From positions 3,658 through 67,657 of IMG/VR virus record IMGVR_UViG_3300032374_000001: a DNA stretch of 64,000 nt. One strand, written 5' to 3'. Shown piece after piece: positions 36,379 through 45,353 of the stretch. This stretch comes from a virus. A program made the translations under genes and the position numbers. The notes below the pieces were generated by a model, which made no database searches, had not been told where the DNA came from, and was given only the letters and a program-made list of their open reading frames with translations. Position 1 is the first letter of the stretch, and each line of letters opens with the position of its first letter.

Positions 36379-37946
36379 TGCAACAGCCCTTGCAGCACCG
36401 GGGCGGCCTTCTGCCCGCGGAGGAACTGGCCTGCCGTGTTGACGTGCGTGTAGTTGCCGTCGGTATCGACGACGTAGAAGGTGTTGCTGCTGCTCGGGTT
36501 CTGAAGCTGCGGGATCGCGTCGTAGTCGATCAGGCCGTCGTACCCGATGTCCGCCTGCCCAGCCTTCAGAGCGTTGTTGAAGGCGACGCGCTCGGTTTCC
36601 TTGGCCGGCGTGCCCGTAACATCCGTGCGCTGCGCGAGCGTCGCGACGACGATCTTCCCGAACCCCGCAGCGCGCCGCGCCTGCGCGATCGTCTTGATGA
36701 CCGCGTAGGTCGCCGCTCCACTCACTCCGTTGGCGATGTCGTTGCCGCCCACGTCGATCAGGGCGATGTTGTTCGCGCCCGCGAGGACAAGCGGGTCAGC
36801 CTCGGCCGCCGCCTGATCGCGAACGGTGGTCGCCGTGCGGCCGGAGATCGCAATGTTGTAGGCGTCGGGCTCCTTCGACAACAGCCCCATGGCGATGCGG
36901 ATGCCAGACTGGGTCGAGTAGAAACCTGCCGAGAGGTTGTTAGCGCCGCGGCTCTCGGGAAGGCTGGAGCCCATCAGGACGATACGGTTGTTGCGCTTGG
37001 TCGAGCCGACGAGGCCCGACAGCGTGGTCCGAACGGTATCAACTTCGCTATCCGTGGCCGAGCCCGTGAAGACGACGAAGGCGAACCGGTCCCCCGTGAA
37101 AAAGGCGGACGAGTTCGTGTTCGATCCGCCGCCGAGCGCGCCGCCCGTGATTGTCGCCGAGTCTTGCGCTGGGAAGGTGGCGCTCAGATCCTCGCTGAGG
37201 ATGCGCTGCTTCGTCGAGGTCGAGTGGACACCGTAAACCCCGAAGTTGATCCGCGGGGCCGTGGCTGCGCCTGCGGCGCGCGTCGTCGGACCCGAGCCCG
37301 CGGCGGTATACTCAAAAGTCCCGATACCCGCCTGCCCGGTCTGCACCACAAGGTTGACCCGGCCGGCCCCTGCATTGGAGCCGAGGTTGCTGATCGCGTT
37401 CAGACGCAGGCTGGTGTTCGGCGCGACGGCGTCCAAGAACCCGACGTTGGCCTTATTGACCGACAGGGCGGACGGGATTGCGAGGCCCGCCACCTGATTG
37501 GCTGTGTAGGGATAGATCAGGCCCCGGTGCAGAATGACGGGCAGAGATGCGAAGGCAGGCCCGTAGGCTGCCCGCATCGTCGTCAGGATCGGCAGAATGG
37601 ACGGCGCCGTAGCCGACCCAGTCGCGTGCTTGCCGCCGCCGGTCTGGTCATACCACGTGACGACCCGCAGTTCGGAGCCGGTAGCGAAAGTCAAGGCCGC
37701 GGCCATATCGACAAGGCCTGTCGCAGCAGTAAACCCGATGTCCTGTTGCGCGCTGTCACTCGCCCGCTGAACCCGGATGCACGGCCCGGCATAACCCGCG
37801 ATCAAGCGGGACAGGCCGTAGGCGACGAGATAACCACCCGTGACCGCAGGCAGGGTCGGCAGGGGACGGACGGCCGATGCGCCGAGCGTCCAGTTCAGCC
37901 GCAAACGACTTGTAAGCCGCTGCACATTTGAAAGCCTGAGCGCCAT
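36375..37946 (-). CDS. Lectin/LamG-like N-terminal domain plus SGNH/GDSL hydrolase
   Basis: AYGL.RL...YAGP.IRV.R.SD...QDIGF; MGSS, ISG, GGND, TH motifs. Confidence 0.82.
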   Translation of the reverse strand: MALRLSNVQRLTSRLRLNWTLGASAVRPLPTLPAVTGGYLVAYGLSRLIAGYAGPCIRVQRASDSAQQDIGFTAATGLVDMAAALTFATGSELRVVTWYDQTGGGKHATGSATAPSILPILTTMRAAYGPAFASLPVILHRGLIYPYTANQVAGLAIPSALSVNKANVGFLDAVAPNTSLRLNAISNLGSNAGAGRVNLVVQTGQAGIGTFEYTAAGSGPTTRAAGAATAPRINFGVYGVHSTSTKQRILSEDLSATFPAQDSATITGGALGGGSNTNSSAFFTGDRFAFVVFTGSATDSEVDTVRTTLSGLVGSTKRNNRIVLMGSSLPESRGANNLSAGFYSTQSGIRIAMGLLSKEPDAYNIAISGRTATTVRDQAAAEADPLVLAGANNIALIDVGGNDIANGVSGAATYAVIKTIAQARRAAGFGKIVVATLAQRTDVTGTPAKETERVAFNNALKAGQADIGYDGLIDYDAIPQLQNPSSSNTFYVVDTDGNYTHVNTAGQFLRGQKAAPVLQGLLQ

Positions 37947-37955
37947 CGGCTTGGA

Positions 37956-38264
37956 CTAGGTCGCCACGACCCAGGAGAGCTTGTGCCCAGGACGGCAGAA
38001 CACCTCACGGGTGGTTCCAGCACGCACCTTGAGCCGCGCATTTTGCCCTTCGCCGGACGTATTTCCGGCATTCGGCGAGGTCCCAACCGCGACGAAAACG
38101 TCCACGTCCGCATCAATGACGAAGACGCTGCTCTGCTCGCCCTGTGCAGCGAGGGTGGTCGTCGTGGGATTGTCCATGGACTGCGACCAGACGGGCGGCA
38201 TCTGGGGCAGCGTTGCGCCCTGGAAGGTCACGAGATTGCAGTTGGCGACGTGAATGCCGGCCAT
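37956..38264 (-). CDS. Small beta-rich structural protein
   Basis: ORF in operon; AD.DVFVAVG..P.A pattern. Confidence 0.65.
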   Translation of the reverse strand: MAGIHVANCNLVTFQGATLPQMPPVWSQSMDNPTTTTLAAQGEQSSVFVIDADVDVFVAVGTSPNAGNTSGEGQNARLKVRAGTTREVFCRPGHKLSWVVAT

Positions 38265-38294
38265 GAGCCTACCCGCTGATTGAGAGAAATGGCC

Positions 38295-38927
38295 TCAGGC
38301 CGTGGCCGAGACGTAGCCTTGCGGCGTGATCTCGGGACTGAATTCAAGCAGCGTCGCGCCGGAGGACGACCAGATGTGAACCTCGGCGCCCCACATGACG
38401 AAGCGGGAGCGAGCATTCTGGATGAAGGTCGCGCTGGACCGCTCTTCTTGGCCGGCATCCGATGACACGACGATCGGGCCGGGACCGAAATCGAACTCGC
38501 TCTGTCCGCCGGGCCAGAGACCGAAGCGGATCGCCGAGCCACGCTGTTCCGGCACGACGACGAAGGAGAACTTCAGCGCGATCAGGTCGCCGACGGCACG
38601 GGCTCGGAGCGCACCGTCGCGCCAGAAGCGGAACCCATTCCACGGCCCCGCAGGCGGGTTGGCGTTGGAGGACGACGGCACGAGGTTGCGCATCATCCGC
38701 ACCCACGTACCGGCGGGGATCACCAGCGGTGTGCCGGCGTCGGCGTCCGAGTAATCGACCGTGCCGAAGCCATTGTTGAGCGGGCCGGGCGGCCCCTGAA
38801 CGCCTTGGAAGCCCTGCGGCCCCTGAACGCCCGGCACGGTGATGGCAGTGACCACCGGCCGACCCGCTTGCGAGACGCTGACCTTGGCCCGCCCCCTCGG
38901 GGTGGTGACGATCTCGGGCGTCCTCAT
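38295..38927 (-). CDS. Structural protein with short collagen-like repeat
   Basis: GVQGPQGFQGVQGPPGP. Confidence 0.75.
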   Translation of the reverse strand: MRTPEIVTTPRGRAKVSVSQAGRPVVTAITVPGVQGPQGFQGVQGPPGPLNNGFGTVDYSDADAGTPLVIPAGTWVRMMRNLVPSSSNANPPAGPWNGFRFWRDGALRARAVGDLIALKFSFVVVPEQRGSAIRFGLWPGGQSEFDFGPGPIVVSSDAGQEERSSATFIQNARSRFVMWGAEVHIWSSSGATLLEFSPEITPQGYVSATA

Positions 38928-39322
38928 GCCGCCTCGGCGGTGGTGCCGGGTAGAACGATGAGCCCGATCCGCTGAAGTGCGCGATAGGGCAAGCCTGCGC
39001 CCGCCCGTCGCATCACATCGCCCACGATGGTCTGCGGGAAGCTCAGGCTGGCGATACCGGCCGGGCAGCGCCACTCCCGCGCTGACGCGAGACTGGTGAC
39101 GGTGATGACGCCGCCGAAGCCATCTTTGATCGTGAGGCCGATGCCGGGCGCCGTCGCATGCTCACTGACGACCGCGCTGTCCGCGAGCGCCTTGAACGTC
39201 AACCGCAGAGACGATCCCGTGAGGTTCAGCGGCCCGCCATCCTCGCCCGTCAGCGCGACATCAAAAGCCCAATCTTCCGTGTCGAGCCAAGCGCCGTTGA
39301 TGTTGAAGATATCGGGCAGCAT
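38924..39322 (-). CDS. BppU-like Ig-fold anchor protein
   Basis: W.FDV.L..EDG.PLNLTG...RLT; G.ITVT. Confidence 0.65.
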   Translation of the reverse strand: MLPDIFNINGAWLDTEDWAFDVALTGEDGGPLNLTGSSLRLTFKALADSAVVSEHATAPGIGLTIKDGFGGVITVTSLASAREWRCPAGIASLSFPQTIVGDVMRRAGAGLPYRALQRIGLIVLPGTTAEAA

Positions 39323-39337
39323 GGGCGCTGTCCTGTC

Positions 39338-39715
39338 CTACGGGGCGGACACGCAACAAACAGCGGTCCAAGCAACGCCCTTTCGATGCCCTCGCCGAAT
39401 GATGTCGTCGCGGCCGAGCGCGTCGTATGCTTCGCGGCCAAACCGCCGCACGAACTCGCGCACGCGCATCGTCCGGCCTACAAAGTGATCGAGCTTCTTA
39501 TGAGGATGCCAGCCGCGAGGGTAGCAGCTCTCGTGCACACCACCAGGGTTCAGGCGCTCAAGCCGCGCAACAACCTCTGGCGCAGAACGCCGAAATCGTG
39601 GGATTTCTCTAATCTTGAAGTACTTTGGTGTTGCGCGAGGGCGCTGAGCGCGAGGTTCCGTTTCTAGCGGCAGGCCAGCGCCCTCTAGCAGCTTGACAAT
39701 TTCGGTTATGAGCAT
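39338..39715 (-). CDS. Hypothetical basic protein
   Basis: GGAG RBS; lower GC than neighbours. Confidence 0.55.
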   Translation of the reverse strand: MLITEIVKLLEGAGLPLETEPRAQRPRATPKYFKIREIPRFRRSAPEVVARLERLNPGGVHESCYPRGWHPHKKLDHFVGRTMRVREFVRRFGREAYDALGRDDIIRRGHRKGVAWTAVCCVSAP

Positions 39716-39761
39716 CGGCGTTCTCCTGGAATGCCAGGCCCAAGCTATCGCGCGCCAAGGA

Positions 39762-40658
39762 CTACGGGGCGAAGCTCATCAGGGCGTTCTCGACGGCGCG
39801 ACGGCCTTCGACGCGGGCGCGCCTGCGCTCGGACTTGCGAACCGCGGGCTCGTCGAGATCGAGGATAGCCCGCGCTATACATCGACAACGGATCGGTTGA
39901 CCCGGATGTCCGTCGCTCGGAGGGCTATCCCAGCGGTAGACCTGACCTTCCCTGGCGCGGTGCAACGGGCGGACGCGGCGATCCCTCACCGTTGACCAAG
40001 AGTAGCGGTTCACCCCCGCCTGCGTCTGCCTGATCTCATTCAGATTGGCGTTGAACGAGTGGGCCTGATCGACCGCAATCAACTGGGCCCGTTTTTTGCC
40101 GAACCCGCCGATCTCCGTCAGTTTTGCCGCGATCTCTCTTGTTGAGGCGCCGCGTGAAACGAGGTCTGTGATTTCGACCTCAATCTTCTTTGCGACCTCG
40201 TCCGTAACACCCTTGATAAGTGCTACACTTTTGCGCGTCGCCAAGGTGATGGGTGTAGCCACCTGCTCCGAGTTCACCACCGCCTTGAGATCGACGCCGA
40301 TGACCGAATTGACCTGTTCAATCCACTTGGCGTCGTGCCGAGCAGCCTCGCCCTGAAACAGATTGCGCAGCGGGTTCTCTGCGAGCGCGATAGCCTGAGC
40401 GAATGATCCGCGCAGCGCCGAAACGATATCCGATAGGCCGAAGGCGTCTTGCGTCAGCAGCGTGCGATCCGCGCGGGCGCCTTCCATGAGGGCGGGCTTG
40501 GCAGAGTTGGCGACGCTCAGCACGCCCATGAGGATGCGGTAGAGCGCGACTTCGAAAGCGAGACGTGCACCGATGGGCTTAAGTTCGATCCGCCCTCGCT
40601 TGCCAGCGTCACGAGCGGCGGCGGCGAGATCGAAGGCGATGCGAAGCTTGAGGTTCAC
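39762..40658 (-). CDS. Head morphogenesis protein (SPP1 gp7/Mu F family)
   Basis: RAQLIA.DQ...N; Y.WST..D.RVR..H...EG; HPGQ.I.CRC. Confidence 0.92.
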   Translation of the reverse strand: MNLKLRIAFDLAAAARDAGKRGRIELKPIGARLAFEVALYRILMGVLSVANSAKPALMEGARADRTLLTQDAFGLSDIVSALRGSFAQAIALAENPLRNLFQGEAARHDAKWIEQVNSVIGVDLKAVVNSEQVATPITLATRKSVALIKGVTDEVAKKIEVEITDLVSRGASTREIAAKLTEIGGFGKKRAQLIAVDQAHSFNANLNEIRQTQAGVNRYSWSTVRDRRVRPLHRAREGQVYRWDSPPSDGHPGQPIRCRCIARAILDLDEPAVRKSERRRARVEGRRAVENALMSFAP

Positions 40659-42490
40659 TCGGCTGCCGCAGGTAGGGGTTCGTCAATGGGGTCGAACCGC
40701 TCTTCCCCGAGCGCAATCTTGCCCTGGTAGGGCTCGACCGCGCTCAAATCGAAGTCGCCCTCCGCCTTGCCGACCGTGATGTGAGGCGTGAACTCGTCGT
40801 AGTCCCAAGAGCACCCGGCCTCGCGCAGGCTCTCGTGACGCCAGCGGATCGACCAATCCGAGAAGCAGAGCACAATGGCCCCGCCGTCGAACCGCTCCAC
40901 CATGCGAGGCCCACCGCGTGGCACCAGCACCTTCTCCGCATCCGTGCCAACCGCGAACCAATCGACGGGCGTGCGGCTGTAGCAAATTGTGACGTGGAGA
41001 TCGCTGGCAGCGGGGACGTTCGGAATGCCCTGCCCTCTCGCCCATGCGATGATCTCGGCCGCGTTGGTGACGGGGCGCGACACGTAGAGCGAGCGCGGCG
41101 CCGCATCCTGTGCGATGGCCCGGCGGAGCGGGACGACGTTGGTCTCGGTGTCGTCCTCGCCTTCGTCGGGATCGGTCTCGGCGATCTTGCGCAGCTCGCT
41201 GCCAGCCGCGTCGAACTCCTCCATCGCATCGTCGAGTGCGGGGAAGTGCCCATCCTCGACCAGCCGGGAAACGACACCCTTCGACAGGGGCTCTTCGGGC
41301 ACGACACCCGCGTCCGAGATCAGCTTCACGCCCTGCGCGAGGGTATAGAACGTCTTGGCCTTCTGCTCCGGCGTCTCCTGCCAGAGGGAGTTGAACGAGA
41401 AGAACGCCCCGTCCGGGATCGTGATTCCGCCATCCGCGCACAGGATGGCGTCGAGCCGTTCCAGAGCGGGGCGAAAGTCGCTTTCCTGCTTGGCCGAGAT
41501 GGCATCGTAGTAGTTGCGCAGATCGCTTTCGCCGGTCGATTGCAGCCCGGCCGGGGCTTGCCCGAGCAACCGGGTGACCGGGATGTCCGCCGCGCCCGAA
41601 ATCTCCTGCATGGCCCGGATGTGGATATCCGACAGGCCTGCGAAATTGTAGGTGCGCTGCTGGTAGTCCTCTTCGGGCCCGAGCAGTAGCGTGTTGTTGA
41701 TCGACTTCAGCAGGCTTGCAAGGCCGAAGCGGCGAAGAATGCGGGCCTCGCCCTCTTCGGTGCCGATGCCCGCGAGATCGGCCTTGATGACATCGACCTT
41801 AGCCTCGTGCAGCAACGAGGCGATGACGGCAGAGACCGTGCCGGACGTGTTCAGCGTATCCTCGATCGCCGTGAAAATGCTGTCACCCCAGGACTGCGTC
41901 GTCTGCGCGAAGATGGGCGGCAGCGGAACGCCGTCGAACGGGATCACCCGCGAGGCATGGATCTTGACCTCTTGCCCGAGGGCAGACGCCCCGCCGCGGA
42001 CGACAGGGCGATAGACGTAGGTTCGCGGCTGGCCGAACAGCGGCGAGGCGATATCCGCCTCCCACGTGTCGATGTAGAGCCGGGCCCCCACCTCGACGTG
42101 CAGGTAGCTCAGATCGCCCCGACGCATTCTCGTCACGTCGAGCGGTTCGGAGGGCTCGCCCAGGCGCGTGTTCACGCCGACGATGATCGCTGCCGAGCCG
42201 TAGAGCCGTCCCCACCGCTTGCCCGCCGCAACGCGCGAGGCGAGGTTGAAGCGTTTCTCCTGCGCCTCGAACGCCTCGACGAATTTCTCGTCGCCCGTGT
42301 AGGTGCGCCAGCGGCGCGTCATGTCATCGACGGGAATGTCGATGATCTTCCGACCCAGCCAACCCGAGCGATACATCCGCTCGAACTCCTCCGGCGTGTG
42401 AGGCCGGACGTACCATGTGGTGGCGGAGGCCTTGTCCTTCTGCGTCCCAAGGTTGGAGACGAGATTGGCGAGGCCGTCGTTCGTCAGCAT
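40655..42490 (-). CDS. Portal protein (DUF1073 type) fused to C-terminal 2H phosphoesterase (Acb1/T4 gp57B-like)
   Basis: Portal: YR..W...KIIDIP.DDM.R.W, GAADIP..RLLG; C-terminal LHVTICYS and PHITV 2H motifs. Confidence 0.9.
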   Translation of the reverse strand: MLTNDGLANLVSNLGTQKDKASATTWYVRPHTPEEFERMYRSGWLGRKIIDIPVDDMTRRWRTYTGDEKFVEAFEAQEKRFNLASRVAAGKRWGRLYGSAAIIVGVNTRLGEPSEPLDVTRMRRGDLSYLHVEVGARLYIDTWEADIASPLFGQPRTYVYRPVVRGGASALGQEVKIHASRVIPFDGVPLPPIFAQTTQSWGDSIFTAIEDTLNTSGTVSAVIASLLHEAKVDVIKADLAGIGTEEGEARILRRFGLASLLKSINNTLLLGPEEDYQQRTYNFAGLSDIHIRAMQEISGAADIPVTRLLGQAPAGLQSTGESDLRNYYDAISAKQESDFRPALERLDAILCADGGITIPDGAFFSFNSLWQETPEQKAKTFYTLAQGVKLISDAGVVPEEPLSKGVVSRLVEDGHFPALDDAMEEFDAAGSELRKIAETDPDEGEDDTETNVVPLRRAIAQDAAPRSLYVSRPVTNAAEIIAWARGQGIPNVPAASDLHVTICYSRTPVDWFAVGTDAEKVLVPRGGPRMVERFDGGAIVLCFSDWSIRWRHESLREAGCSWDYDEFTPHITVGKAEGDFDLSAVEPYQGKIALGEERFDPIDEPLPAAAE

Positions 42491-42500
42491 CGGCTAGCCT

Positions 42501-42540
42501 GTTCGCCGCTGTTCGCAGCCGTTCGCTGCTGTTCGCCACC
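42501..42540. repeat. Four tandem 10-bp repeats GTTCGCNGCY
   Basis: GTTCGC at 42501, 42511, 42521, 42531. Confidence 0.85.
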
Positions 42541-42624
42541 GTCCCAATAGACTGAGATCATTGCTAAAATCCGCTTTTCGGCGTAGCCTATCGATCCCTT
42601 GAGCGGGCAGCGGAGCGGGCGTCA

Positions 42625-43158
42625 GTGAAGTTCTTAGAGTGCATGATCGCCTACACCCCGCCGGGGTTTGACCATCGCACGGGGACGGGCGGCAAAGTGG
42701 AGGTCGGCCCGTGGCCCGACGAAACTGGGTGGTCGGAGGTCTACTCGAACACGATCGGTGGTTGCTTCTCAGACGTTCACGAATTGCCGTCGCACCAGAT
42801 CGCGGCCCGCGTATTCATCGACTTTGCCACGATCACCGTCCGCGACGGCATTGATCCGCAGGCGGCTCACCAAGCGTTCTTGGCGATTGATGAGTACCGC
42901 AATTCGATCCCGCGCGACATGCCAGGATGCGAAATCCCAAGGCCGTCCGCGCCCTATCCCAACGACACGCCGACCGCTGCGCTCCCTCTATCTGTTCGCG
43001 CCCGGAATGGTCTTCTCAACCCTCGCGAGAACGGCCGGTACGACACGGTCGGTAAAATTAGAAGCGCCTCTCAGTCCGCCCTGCTGCGCTTGCCGAATTT
43101 CGGAAGGAAATCCTTGAAAGAGGTGCGCGATTTGATTGACCCGCCCACCGCCTCGTGA
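42625..43158 (+). CDS. Unknown N-terminal domain plus RNA polymerase alpha-CTD-like domain
   Basis: LSVRARNGL...LLRLPNFGRKSLKEV matches the RpoA CTD signature. Confidence 0.82.
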   Translation: MKFLECMIAYTPPGFDHRTGTGGKVEVGPWPDETGWSEVYSNTIGGCFSDVHELPSHQIAARVFIDFATITVRDGIDPQAAHQAFLAIDEYRNSIPRDMPGCEIPRPSAPYPNDTPTAALPLSVRARNGLLNPRENGRYDTVGKIRSASQSALLRLPNFGRKSLKEVRDLIDPPTAS

Positions 43159-43512
43159 GGATCGCCGCATGTACGTCACACAACGTAAGGCAGCACCTAG
43201 CCCGTTTGAAGCGCGCCTCATTGCCTATTGGACCGACCGGATCGGGCCGGAGGAAGGGCCGAAGCAAGCCCAATGGGAGTTTCACCAGACGATCAAGCGG
43301 GCCGTAAGGTCAGGGATGACGCAGAGAGATGCCGCAAAACGGTTCGGATATTCTCGCGGCCGAATACAGCAGATCGTTGAAAACAAAGCCCGCAGTGCCG
43401 GGCCGCCTCCTGCGTCGAGCTACCTTCGCCCGGCACACATGATCGTGGCGAGCATCGCCGATGAGCCTGGCATCCAGTTCTTCAACGGCTTCATCGCCTC
43501 GTGAGGATCGCC
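43149..43512. repeat. 18-bp perfect direct repeat CGCCTCGTGAGGATCGCC flanking one gene
   Basis: Copies at 43149-43166 and 43495-43512. Confidence 0.9.
43169..43504 (+). CDS. HTH DNA-binding protein
   Basis: GMTQRDAAKRFGYSRGRIQQIV. Confidence 0.7.
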   Translation: MYVTQRKAAPSPFEARLIAYWTDRIGPEEGPKQAQWEFHQTIKRAVRSGMTQRDAAKRFGYSRGRIQQIVENKARSAGPPPASSYLRPAHMIVASIADEPGIQFFNGFIAS

Positions 43513-43657
43513 CGGACCCGCGTGGCTTCCAGCTTCTCGGCAACCGCGGAAATCGCCTTGGCGGCCTCGCCAGCGGCCGAGCAGCTATCGCCCATGACCA
43601 GCGCCTTGAAGGACGACGACACCGCCTGACGGGCTTTCTGGCAGGATGCGCAGGCCA

Positions 43658-44953
43658 TCAGAGGAGGTCCATCATGGAGGGGCCGGACTCCAACATCAGT
43701 TCGCTCAGAGCCCAGACCACGGCATCGACCCGGTCCGGTGAGCCCTCGCCGAGAAACCCGTCGGCCGTCATCGCGACCATCTGATCTTCCAAATGCTCAA
43801 GCCCGTCACCAATGTGGCTGACGCGACCCTGTTCGTAGAGAGCGGCCACCGGCTCGGAACGGACGATCTTGCCGCGCGAGGCAGTGACCATCTTGACGGC
43901 CACGTCTGGCCCGGCCGTTCGGATCACGCTTTCCACCATGGCGCCGCCGAAGTTCTTCTCAGCGACGATGCGGTCGGCTCGGTGATCGCGGTAGGCATCG
44001 ACCGCCCTGCGACCCCATCCAGCGGGCGAAAGCTTGCAGGTCCAATCCTTCAGAACGTAGGCCCGCCCATCGACACCGCGACCGGCGGCAACGATGCCGA
44101 TGCTATCGCCGTTGTCGTCACCGCCTGTGCCCGATGGGTCCACCCCGATCACCACCCGCTGCATCTGCGGGGGGACCTTCACCTCACGGGCCTTGTCGAT
44201 CATCGCCCGCGTCCAGAGGGCGCCAGGCACGTCGTCGAGGATTTCGGCCTCTAGCTCCTGTCGCCCGAGGCGGGTGCCTTCGTAGCGGGTCTTGAGCTTG
44301 GCGAGGAACTGCGCCGGCAGGTTCTCGGCGTTATCGAAGGTCGAACCGCGTGTGACTGCCGTTGTCGGATCGGCCAGGATTTCCCGGATGACCGGGATCG
44401 GACGCGGTGTCGTGGTCACGAACACACGCGGGTCAGCGCCGCGCCGCATCGTGAACTGGAGCATGTCCCAGGTCTCGCGAGCGTAGCGGTACTTGGCTAG
44501 CTCATCGACCCATGCCGTGTCGAACTCGGGGCCTCGGAGCTGATCTGGCTCGGTTCCGTTGTAGCCCAGCGCCACCGCGCCGTTGGGCCAGACCAACCGG
44601 ACGGGCTTGTAGCGGACACTCGGGGCTTCGCTCGGCGGGTGGATCGCGATGAGCCGCGCCACCATCACCTCTTCCAAGTCCTTCTGCGTTTCAGCCAAAA
44701 GCGCGATGCTGCGGGCACCGTCGCGGACTCGTTCACGCACCCACTGAGCGCCAGCTTCCGTCTTCCCGAACCCGCGGCCCGCAAGGGCCAACCACGTCTG
44801 CCAGCTATGGTCTGGCGCGATCTGATTGGGCCGCGCCCAGAACCGCCAGTCCCACAGCAGTTCTTCTGCCTGCGCCTCACTCAGGCTTGCGAGAAGTGCC
44901 TGTCGGTCCTGCGGTTGCAGCGAGGCGACCGAGCTTGCCAGAGAGGAGTTCAC
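43658..44953 (-). CDS. terL: Terminase large subunit
   Basis: Walker A AGRGFGKT, Walker B WVDE, GVDP nuclease motif, SPDRVDA. Confidence 0.96.
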   Translation of the reverse strand: MNSSLASSVASLQPQDRQALLASLSEAQAEELLWDWRFWARPNQIAPDHSWQTWLALAGRGFGKTEAGAQWVRERVRDGARSIALLAETQKDLEEVMVARLIAIHPPSEAPSVRYKPVRLVWPNGAVALGYNGTEPDQLRGPEFDTAWVDELAKYRYARETWDMLQFTMRRGADPRVFVTTTPRPIPVIREILADPTTAVTRGSTFDNAENLPAQFLAKLKTRYEGTRLGRQELEAEILDDVPGALWTRAMIDKAREVKVPPQMQRVVIGVDPSGTGGDDNGDSIGIVAAGRGVDGRAYVLKDWTCKLSPAGWGRRAVDAYRDHRADRIVAEKNFGGAMVESVIRTAGPDVAVKMVTASRGKIVRSEPVAALYEQGRVSHIGDGLEHLEDQMVAMTADGFLGEGSPDRVDAVVWALSELMLESGPSMMDLL

Positions 44954-45344
44954 GAGCGCTCGTCACTTCCGCCTGGATCGGCGCGCCGTCTGGGCCCGAA
45001 AGCTCATGCGAGACCTTATCGCGGAAATCGTCGGGGGCCATGTTGCGAAGCTGAAACACAACGATCTGTGCCGTGCCCGGCCCACCGCCCTTTTCGCCCA
45101 CGCGAGCTGCGCGCTGCTCCCACTTGAAAGCGGCCGCTGCCTTTCCCGCGTTACAAGCTACCGAAAACTCGGGGTGCTGATTGGCCCATTCCTGCAAAGT
45201 GGACCGCGCGACGCCGATTGATCCGGCAAAAGCGGTGAGTGAGTACCCGTCCCGGCAGAACTCCACGACCTGATCGCAATAGGCCGGATCGTACTTGGTC
45301 GGCCGTCCGCCTGCCCCCTTCTTCGGCTCTGTCTCTGAGCCCAT
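44877..45344 (-). CDS. terS: Terminase small subunit
   Basis: GRPTKY N-terminus, HTH (IGVARSTLQEW...HPEF), overlaps terL. Confidence 0.85.
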   Translation of the reverse strand: MGSETEPKKGAGGRPTKYDPAYCDQVVEFCRDGYSLTAFAGSIGVARSTLQEWANQHPEFSVACNAGKAAAAFKWEQRAARVGEKGGGPGTAQIVVFQLRNMAPDDFRDKVSHELSGPDGAPIQAEVTSARELLSGKLGRLAATAGPTGTSRKPE

Positions 45345-45353
45345 GGTGATGGC

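Noticed and set aside
39693-39995. Intron or separate gene in the head morphogenesis 3' end
   Set aside because: The minus-strand frame is continuous and the Cys motif is complete
42501-42540. GTTC repeats as an SOS box
   Set aside because: Period is 10 bp (GTTC-N6-GTTC); the alphaproteobacterial LexA site needs N7
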